Source: Haliotis rubra (lineage: Eukaryota). From it: a stretch of DNA of 64,000 bases. Numbering within the stretch: position 1 is the stretch's first letter; each line of letters begins with the position of its first letter. Below, in pieces: positions 55,101 to 64,000 of the stretch. The notes under the pieces are model-generated. The model was not told where the DNA came from and ran no database searches. It was given only the letters and a program-made list of their open reading frames with translations. A program made the position numbers and the translations under genes. The stretch covers positions 558,001 to 622,000 of the forward strand of contig NW_025767252.1 in NCBI RefSeq assembly GCF_003918875.1, written 5' to 3'.

Positions 55101-58100
55101 GATCGCCTGATGATGCATCGCCTGACCCTGGTAATCACAGTCCGTGAAACAATGAACGTGTTTGCAACTGCAGATTGACTTCTGCACGTGTCCAACATGC
55201 ACAAACAATGAATAAATCACATACATCACAACAAAATCAATATAATTGACAGATATAATGGCCAAAAAGAGATATTAATGGACCTTTGGTGAAAGTGTAT
55301 AAAATCAAATACTATGCACATGTCTGGCGCCACAGCTCTTGGTATCTGCAAACTATCAGATGTGCTTTAGGCTTTACAGACATACAGTTTTTTCATAGCA
55401 TGTTTGTCAATACTTCTCAGTATAAACCTTGATAATAACATACTGTCTAAATAACGCCATTAAACTACTTAGTATTTTAACTTCGTTTAATGACCCGCTA
55501 CTTTACAGTCACATGCATCACCTGACAATAAAGCTTTATAATAAGATATTGTCTGATTAATGATGCAGATACGCCATTATTATCACCACTGCTGACGTCA
55601 TCACCAGTGTTTTGGTCGGTCTTACCTATCTTCACGTTGCTTGGGTTTATGGCCAACAAGGCTGGAGTTGGAATATCCGAAGTACTTTCATCAGGTGAGT
55701 TGTGGTATTGTGATTTGTTCTGGACATCGTTGTCAAGGCAGTGTTATCATTTAGATTTCACAAGAATGTTTCACGTTTTGGGACTGTATCTATGATAACT
55801 ATCAAATGGAACATATTCTGACATCACACAGAAGGCTCATGGCAAATAATACAAATGTGTTTGAAATGTATACCATTTCATCTTTTGTAGAACAGCCGTT
55901 TTGATAATCACTTGTCACAGCATTGACATCTGTCTGAACAGTTTGTATTCATTTAGAATGGGGTCAAGGTGAAAAGTAAAGAGTGGGTGAGTGATTTGAT
56001 ATTTATCGTCACATCGGCAATATTTCAGCCATATCGTGACGAGAACAATTAATTATTATACTATAGATCAGTAAAATTCGAAAATTGAAGCCTGTTGACA
56101 AAGAACAGTAAAACTACTAGTGTATCACAGATATCCATTTAAAATTAGTAATTAAATCTAAAACATTTTAACTAGACATGACAAGACAATGTCAAAACAG
56201 GCTATATATTGCCAACAACTGAAGGTAGATCACCATACTAGGGACCATGGGGACATTTGCTTCCTGCATGGACCCTAGCTGGATTTACACCATCCCCTCA
56301 GCCGTTAGCAACGTAGACACATCTAGCCATTCATTTAAAAATACACATATTCTATGACTAAAAATAGTGGAGAGTTTTAATTTACTTTGAATGTTTGTGG
56401 ACTTACGTACCCTCTCAGGAGGACTGAAAAGTAAAGATAAATTATGAGCGAATATTGTAATATCTGTTTGGTTTCAGTTAATCTTATTTTCTTAAATCTT
56501 AACTCAATAACTATGTTGAACAATGCGTTTTTCCTAGATAACCAAAGTAAAGTACCAATCCGAACAGCTGACTTCATTTAAGTACAACCAGCAGAAGTTT
56601 ACAGACAAATCAATTGTGATCGCGCCGTTCAACTACGGAATATTGCTTACTTCCATTGTTGAAGGCATAGCCTACCGTCACTGTCACGTTTAATTGTGCA
56701 AAAACATGATCTAATGTGTTTTGTGACAGATGTTGTTACTTGACACGTGCTTCGACTCATAGTACACTGTTTTCATTTGCAGGACCTGGTTTGGCTTTTG
56801 TGGCATATACCGAGGGCATAATGCAACTTCCCTTTCCCGACATATGGGCCGTGCTCTTCTTTCTCATGCTCTTCACCGCAGCTCTTGATTCTCAGGTAGA
56901 AGTGAATTAGTTTTAAATGGGACACATAATCAGTATTTTATAACATGATTCTCCGTTATTAGGGCTATTAGTATCTGTGGTGTCATTGCCATTGTTAGGT
57001 TCTGAATGCTTTGCAATGCACTCTTTCGTTTTCACTCGTATGTATCATCTGTAAGGAAATTAATGAGATGTAGGTTTTTCACACTTGCTCTGTTCTTTAC
57101 CATGGAGTCTGCAAACAATTATGAGAACATATTGGGAATTTGTAGATGTGGCAGTTTGGTCTTTGTACATTCAATAATTCCAATACCTTTCTTCTTGGCA
57201 GTTTGCCATACTCCAGAATGTCCTGACGGTGGTTTTTGACCAATTTCCAAACAAGCTGGGGACACACCGTGGTCCTGTAACTGCCGTTATATGTGCTGTT
57301 TGCTTCCTCTTCGGCCTGTTGTTCACAACTCAGGTAATTCGTAATAGCATATAGTAATTATGACTTACAAATTAAAATAATAATCTGCGAATATATGCCA
57401 GTTACCATGTGGTATGATACTATTATATGTATGAATGGTTAGTCTTCAGACAAGTAGTATTGCTGGTTGTAATGGTGATGATGCCGACGACACGGACACA
57501 CAATTAATGATAGTGTTGATGTTGCAGGCGGGTGTGTACTATCTGCAGCTGTGTGACTGGTATCTAAGTGTTTTCAGCGTGCTTCTCTTTGCCATCTTGG
57601 AGACAATCGTGTTCACGTGGATTTATGGTGAGTAGTTACTTTTCACGCTGCGTCGTGTTCACTCTTGGATAAAAAGTATGGGATAGAAAGCCTTGCTTTA
57701 TCCTTGTCTCTCAATACCTCAGAAATATCAAAACCTATGGCAATCAGTTATGTACCTGACACACCAGTCCTGAAGACTGATAGACAAACGAGTGAGTGAG
57801 TGAGTGAGTATGGTTTTACGCCGCTTTTAGCAATATTCCAGCAATATCACGGCGGGGGACACCAGAAATGGGCTTAACACATTGTACTCATGTGGGGAAT
57901 GGATCCCTGGTCTTCAGCGTGACGAGCGAACACTTTAACCACTAGGCTATCCCCACCGCCCCGATAGACAAACGAGGTTTATTCCATTTATTACAGACTC
58001 ATCCAGTCTCAAAGAGGATCATTATGACTGGAACTTCACACCAATAAGTATTGAAATATCAACTAGAGTCTCAGAATATTAAATATGTATTTACAAATTT

Positions 58101-61100
58101 GTGTCGACAAATATCTGATCTTCATGGTTTAACAGATGTTTTATGTCAAGTACAGTATTTATTGAACATCTTCGGCCTATGGCAGTTAATAATGATTTTC
58201 TTTCTGAGCCATGATGAGTCTACCATAAATGTATACAGCTTTATTACCCTTTAGATAAATAAGACTGTTGAACTGAAAATGTGTAACTAAAGTTTTACGG
58301 GTAGTGTTAATCTATCTTACCCTCTTCCAAGGCGTAGTATGGACGACTTTGACATTGAAATCCAACTCACTTGAATTATTCAACTATTATTTTGAGGGTA
58401 CTGTCCGAGTAATTCGGAGGAGCCAAAACCCATTATTGTTATAAGGAATGGAGAGTTACGAGGATATTACCCTACTTAAATTACATTCAAAGTATTGGCA
58501 ATATTTCTGTTACCAAAATTAAATGACAAAATAAAGTCTTAAATTTGAAACTGGTACACATCGAGCAGACATTGGAATGACGTCACAAATGCAATCAAAT
58601 ATCCCGAAGTGTTTTTTTATCAATTTTATTTGAGAGTATGATATTCTCTATCTGTGAAGTGGAAATAGGTTGGACCTAAAATATATATCCTTAATTGTGA
58701 TTAATGAATTAACAAGTCCCGTATTTTCTATGCCAACAAGAATTATGTCCCTTAGAATATCGATCGATGCTGTTCGTCTGCGACCACAATCATGTTGAAA
58801 CCATACCGTGGACCATTTATTTGGTATTAATGGAACTGCACTGTCCTGGTTCCAGTCCTAAGTAAGTCTGAGACTTCTGGCAGTGTTACTGCATTCCAAA
58901 CCAGAACAAGTTACATCTGGTGTGATGAAAAGACTCATCTACTTGTTTAATTGGCCTCCATTTTTCAAGGCAAAACACGTATTTCACCATAAATAAAGAG
59001 AAACAAAATATATAGAGGATTGCCTGAGAGACAGGCAGGGGTTATACAGCTGAAGAACAATTCTAACCCGGACCTTCAGTGTTGTTTAAGTAGACAGAAG
59101 AAAATTGGATGAAAACACTAGAATCATGGCACCTAGAAGTCTAAAGGGTAAGAATCTCGTCGGTGTCCTCCCATTTGTGAGAACTCCCAGTTGTGAGACA
59201 CATTAATTAATGGTTCAGTGCACACAGGTGGTGCTTCCCCATCCCTACGATGAAAGTGGGAACAGCCCTGTTGCTGAAGAAGAGTACCCGCCGGAGGCAT
59301 AGTTCATTAATGAGTTAATAAACACAGAAGACATTGTTCGTTGAAGAGCATTTATTGTTTTCAATAGATACTGAAATACTGAAAAAGATTATCGTGAACT
59401 GGCGATATATTCTACTTGTTGAAGGCCTGCCATAATGGTGATCGGAAAGCGCAGTCAAAGGTTAATAAATACATTTGGATTAATTATAGTTACAACAGTT
59501 ATTGCTAGATTTTTCAAACATGTAAATCTGAGTAGGTAAATTAATTTCTTTAAATGATCACGAAGTTACCTACACAAAGTGTTTAGTTTTTAAAGCCATT
59601 TACCTGAGTAGGTTAATTACTTTATCTTTTAGAGTTTAATTAAGTTACCTCCACAAGATTCAGTTAAATAGCTAATCCATAATTAGCTGGGGTTAATCCA
59701 TTCTATCATATAGGGGAGTAAGGTGTGTTTTCTTTGCTAATTACCAACTCCACTGTCTCACAACTGGGAGTCTCACAACTGGGAGTTCTCACAAATGGGA
59801 GTAGACCATCTCGTCACACGGCTATTTGCCGGGTAGTATAGGGTGGCACGGCCCATTTGTATTTCCTGAGGCTGAATGCAGCGAATTCAAACGGGCCGCA
59901 CTACCCCATACTGCCTGACAAAAACTAACTAACAACTAATGTAACTAATACTGTATACAACATGTCTTGTTAAAAGCTCCTGTACATTCTGTCTAGGTAT
60001 CAAGCGGTTCAATGCTGATGTGAGACTTATGCTGGGCCGAGACATCCCGCGCTACATCCAGGTGTTCCTGAGATACGTCACTCCTGCCCTGCTGTGTGTA
60101 TGTGTTATGTCGTTCACAGTGTCTTACACTAGGTTTCAAACATGTCACCTTTCTGCATAAAAAACATTGCACTTTTTACAAGAAAACTTGGATACTTGGT
60201 GATATATCGTCTAACCTTTCAATAAGTCAGCTGGAATCGTCCAACATTGCCCTTGTACGTATTCCAGATGTATGTTTTGCCAAACCATGTGAATGACACG
60301 GCACACTTTCTTTGTTACCAAATTCATGTGAAAGGGAATATTTTAGTTTCAACCAGACTCGATACTGAATATTTATATCTGGATCTGTGCGTCCTTCCAT
60401 CATGTGACAAGCAAATGTAATTGTGTAAACAAGCACCTCCCGACCTCGCACTGCAAGACTTACAGCGGCCCGTTTGATGAACCGCAATATCAAAGTACTG
60501 ATATTGCTCTCAAGGTCTCCAAATTTACAGAACATTTATAGGATGCTCTTGATTAACGTCAGCAACGGCCACAGAACCTCCAACAGTTGACATAAGCACT
60601 GCAGGAAGAATGGGTGAACATTGCTCATGTCACAATGTGTAATATGACTGGGTCCATCGGGCGACCGTGCCAGGCAGTTCAGGACCATACAAGATATTGA
60701 AAACAGATGCCCTTCACCTTGACATTAGCTTGTTGCGTGTGTGCCATGATGAACCGCGCTCAGTGAGTGAGTGAGTTCGGTTTTACGCTATATCACGGCG
60801 GGGAACACCAGAAATGGGCTTCACAACCGCGCTCAGTGAGAATGACTTGTGCCAAATGTAATATGATCTTTGATTATTGATATAGCACATGAAGTGTACA
60901 CCTGAAAAGCACTTTTGCGTTTCTTTTATTGCAGAGTATACATTCCATCAACTGTAGGCGGTGTGTAGGTTCACTCAATAAATAATCAAGTATGTTAATA
61001 CTGATGACGATGACGATGAAGGTGATCTGTTCATTAACCAGTAAATGAAAATCTGATACGTGTTGGTACAGGTAATGCTGTTTCTAGTTGTATGGAAGTT

Positions 61101-62585
61101 CCAACCACCAACCTATGGCGACTACACCTATCCACGAAGCGCCGTAATAGCCGGGTGGGTAATGGCTGTCATCCCTGTGGCGCCCTTGCCTGTCATGGCC
61201 GTTCTCACACTGAGTAGGTCCAACGGCTCTCTCAAGAAGGTACGCTAGCAATACCAAATACAATGGAAAAAGGTAGCTATGCTTTAATTTGCATATGAGA
61301 TAATAGTTACAGGCTGTATTCGATGCGTGTAATGTACCAATAAGTTGTGGATTTAGATAGGATACGAATGAGTGAGTGAGTGAGGTTTTGCGCCGCTTTT
61401 AGCAATATTCCAGCAATATCACGTCGGGGGACACCAGAAATAAGCTTCACACATTGTACGCATGTGGGGAAGCGAACCCGGGTCTTCGACGTGTTTAGCG
61501 CACACTTTAACCACTAGGCTACCCAACCGCCCCGTGTAGGATACGAACGTGAAGCAGGAAGTATATACCTGCTGGAGACGGGTGCTGTAACTTACCTCAC
61601 AAGGTCTAAACATGTTTAGAACACTTGATGCCATTTCCTAATTTCAGACATTAAAGTTTGAGGATGAATATCGCCAGATAGACGTGTTCAATATTGACTG
61701 GAATCAATAATTAAAAAATCATCTTTAGACAGGAAAACGTGGGTAAATAATTGCGAGCGAAGCATCTATGAATTGCTCAGCCGTGGAAATCCTTTAGCCT
61801 TACTGCAGAGCTTAGTGTGTGTATTTGTGACACGGCTGGTTGGTTGGTTGTTGTTTAACGCCGCACTCGGCAGTATTCTGGCTGTAAATCATCGAGTCTG
61901 GACCAGACAATCCAATGATCAACAGCATGAGCATCGACCTACGCAGATATGATACGATGACATGTGTCAAATCTGAGAGTCTGACTACCCGATCCCGTTC
62001 GTCGCCTTTTACGACAAGCATGGGTTGCTGAAAACTGGAGTGTTCAGTACTAAGCCGGACTAATGGCTGCAGATTAACACGAACACCACACTCAAACTCA
62101 TTATATCGACGTATCACCGCTAAAGGTAGTTATATCCTCTTGATGTCGATCGCCGTCTAGGGTAAGAAGTACAGCCTTTTGACCTCCTTTTGGTTTGACT
62201 CAAGTGGGAATCGGAACACCCACACTGTGTTCTCCCAGCACACAGCCCCACCCACCACTAAGGCGGTCAATGATAATGAAACCATATTAGCAGGTAAAAC
62301 AAATCTCATTTACCTATTGTATGAATGAAAACGAATTGTCACTTTTTACCCATACCTCAGTTGGAATTAATGTATTGACTGTTTTGTGGAACAACTTTGT
62401 AATGTGAAATAATGTAATTACGATAAATGACCATCTGTGAGCAACAGGCATCGTGCAGTCCACGTGAACTGTTTCAGCGGCTGCTGACCTCTGTACAGGC
62501 TGATGGACATTTGGGGCCGTCACGTGCACACAACATGGACACCAGTTCACATGAGGACGTGAACCTACAAACGGTGACAAAATGA
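48977..62585 (+). CDS. SLC6 (SNF/NSS) sodium- and chloride-dependent amino-acid transporter, GlyT/GAT-like, spliced gene
   Basis: [71 protein letters not shown]. Exons 48977-49152, 49825-49956, 50332-50614, 51547-51679, 52308-52442, 54386-54489, 55569-55694, 56783-56895, 57202-57333, 57528-57627, 59997-60097, 61072-61239, 62478-62585. Two +1 frameshifts (49145-49150 and ~55610-55623). Confidence 0.92.
49825..49956 (+). CDS. SLC6 exon 2 (TM2)
   Basis: [44 protein letters not shown]|gtaaat. Confidence 0.93.
50332..50614 (+). CDS. SLC6 exon 3 (TM3, EL2)
   Basis: [46 protein letters not shown]|gtaagt. Confidence 0.92.
51547..51679 (+). CDS. SLC6 exon 4 (TM4)
   Basis: [44 protein letters not shown]|gtgagg. 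Confidence 0.92.
52308..52442 (+). CDS. SLC6 exon 5 (TM5)
   Basis: [45 protein letters not shown]|gtaaga. Confidence 0.92.
53645..53765. mobile_element. Palindromic MITE inside the dispersed repeat
   Basis: gttcgtagcccta..ttcttaa / ttaagaa..tagggctacgaac. Confidence 0.65.
54386..54489 (+). CDS. SLC6 exon 6 (TM6)
   Basis: [35 protein letters not shown]|gtaatc. Confidence 0.92.
54570..55330 (-). mobile_element. Tc1 transposase relic
   Basis: Fragments [34 protein letters not shown]. Confidence 0.7.
55569..55694 (+). CDS. SLC6 exon 7 (TM7), with internal +1 frameshift
   Basis: [17 protein letters not shown] / [25 protein letters not shown]|gtgagt; 126 nt where flanking phases require 125. 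Confidence 0.88.
56783..56895 (+). CDS. SLC6 exon 8 (TM8)
   Basis: [38 protein letters not shown]|gtagaa. Confidence 0.93.
57202..57333 (+). CDS. SLC6 exon 9 (TM9)
   Basis: [44 protein letters not shown]|gtaatt. Confidence 0.9.
57528..57627 (+). CDS. SLC6 exon 10 (TM10)
   Basis: [34 protein letters not shown]|gtgagt. Confidence 0.92.
57793..57963 (-). mobile_element. SINE family A
   Basis: Reverse-complement copy; TSD gatagacaaacgag. Confidence 0.92.
58760..58925 (+). mobile_element. CR1/L2-type LINE RT fragment
   Basis: [13 protein letters not shown] and VTSGV motifs. Confidence 0.6.
59162..59807. mobile_element. Non-autonomous DNA transposon with 8-bp TSD
   Basis: TIR ggtgtcctcccatttgtgagaactcccagttgtgagac / gtctcacaactgggagttctcacaaatgggagtagacc; TSD atctcgtc on both sides. 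Confidence 0.85.
59997..60097 (+). CDS. SLC6 exon 11 (TM11)
   Basis: [34 protein letters not shown]|gtatgt. Confidence 0.9.
60520..60940 (+). mobile_element. Tc1 3'-end relic with a nested truncated SINE A (60768-60824, minus)
   Basis: [13 protein letters not shown]-like C-terminus; terminus ttgcgtttcttttattgcagagtata; SINE TSD aaccgcgctcagtgag. Confidence 0.7.
61072..61239 (+). CDS. SLC6 exon 12 (TM12)
   Basis: [56 protein letters not shown]|gtacgc. Confidence 0.92.
61369..61534 (-). mobile_element. SINE family A
   Basis: Reverse-complement copy; TSD taggatacgaa. Confidence 0.9.
61836..62030 (-). mobile_element. SINE family C
   Basis: Reverse complement of the 38590-38720 type with (ccaa)n tail. 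Confidence 0.75.
62478..62585 (+). CDS. SLC6 probable last coding exon
   Basis: tttcag|[35 protein letters not shown]; resembles the RL...WGP C-terminus of SLC6. Confidence 0.7.
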   Translation, partial: RLLTSVQADGHLGPSRAHNMDTSSHEDVNLQTVTK

Positions 62586-63654
62586 AACTGTTGTACAGGT
62601 GATTTCACATTCATCAAGTACCCACACAACATATTTTCCATGTATGAAATATATTACACACAATACCAGCTTATAATTGGTTCTCAATTATGTTACGTCT
62701 CTACTAATATAATTTCTAAGTGTACAAATACCAGTAGTTATTTAGAATACTGTGTTTTTAATAATACTTATTAGAAACACAACCAATGTTTGAGAGAAGG
62801 GTTTTGTGGCCCCGAAATTCCGCTGTGATGTCCCCAGGCTAACACTCACATTGACGCCAAGCGTCACACATGTATGTAGGTGTCCGTCTTGATTCTGATG
62901 TATACCTGCATAGGGTATAACCGATCTGGGCAGAATGTGGTCAGGTATAGGCGCCGCGGGTGACCGCGAGTGGTCACGCTTCATGTGATGCCATTCCGTG
63001 CACCCAGTCTGGCATCAACTGATAAACGTAAACCGTAAGGAAGTATGGCATTGAGAGGCATCCAACATGTTCATGGTCTGAACTCTTTCCTTCTGGGGTG
63101 CATGTGACCATCAGCTTGTTTGGGAATAGGCAGCGTGACACTGTCACCTTTTGCTTTTGGGGATACAAATATAACGTTGCATTTCTTAGGCCTCCAGTTT
63201 CACAAATAGATTCCTTCCACCGTTGTTCATGTACTAATCTGTTTGTTTGTTGGTTTCAGTTAATCTATTTTCTTACTTCATAATTCTTTAAGATATGCAA
63301 TTGCGTTGAACATTCACCACAGTAAGCAGAGATTAGATCAGTTTTTGTGCTTATGTCTTCAACATTGATTAAATAACCTGACAGAATAGCGTTATCGTCT
63401 TCAGTAATGGACGTAGGCGGTCGGCCCGTACAACGTAAATAACAATGCAGCTAACTAGTAGTCTTTAATATTACACATTTACACTATGGTTTCCTACATG
63501 CACTGAATTCATTATCAAATATCTAGTGTGTTTTGTTTTCAACAGCAAGTATGATATATTTCCATAAAGTGGCATATACGTAGTTGTTGTAGACAGGGGG
63601 GGTATAGACGAAAAATGACGTCATCATCGAACACCTGGCTGACCTCATTTCACA

Positions 63655-63862
63655 GGGGTGTCAATGACCGTTGGAAACACATCATAGCATCACACCATGA
63701 CATCACGCCATTAATTTGGACCAATCAGCATACAGCCAACTCACTCCGGTGTGACTCACCCTGACCGAGGGGTCAATGACCGCGCGCCCCGTGGGAAACA
63801 CATCATAGCATCACACCATGACATCACGCCATTAATTTAGGCCAATCAGTGTAGAACAACTA
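63655..63862. repeat. Local direct duplication of ~85 bp
   Basis: gtcaatgaccg..ggaaacacatcatagcatcacaccatgacatcacgccattaattt.g.ccaatcag occurs twice. Confidence 0.85.
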
Positions 63863-64000
63863 TTGGGCTGACTGGACCACTGACCACAAACTAATTTCGT
63901 CCGGTTTCAATTTTAACTATATAAAACCCCTCTGACAGTCAGTTGAAGTTATCATTTTGTCCTCTTACAACATGTTTATATTTTCTATACTCAATAACCT

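Overview
Intron-rich, repeat-dense animal genomic DNA, not prokaryotic. The SINE/MITE complement suggests a mollusc, possibly a gastropod (inference). Two spliced + strand genes can be reconstructed by hand. The first is CCDC102A (7 coding exons, 10446-25838), with a 1-nt frameshift in an A-run and a UGA-CUAG readthrough-type stop context. The second is an SLC6 Na+/Cl- amino-acid transporter (13 coding exons, 48977-62585), with two 1-nt frameshifts and an Asn-to-Asp change at the TM7 cation site. A decayed but structurally complete DIRS1-like tyrosine-recombinase retrotransposon (inverted terminal repeats, internal complementary region, gag, RNase H, methyltransferase, recombinase) fills most of CCDC102A intron 5. 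Also present: a Tc1 transposase ORF open to the left edge, several Tc1 relics, Penelope-like relics including a hairpin insertion with a minimal hammerhead-like core, at least 13 copies of one tRNA-derived SINE, other SINEs, hAT-type MITEs and several minisatellites. Most ORFs in the supplied track are spurious. No clearly new biological system is demonstrable from sequence alone. The best leads are the readthrough context, the hammerhead-like hairpin, the DIRS architecture, the splice-donor minisatellite and the SLC6 cation-site substitution.
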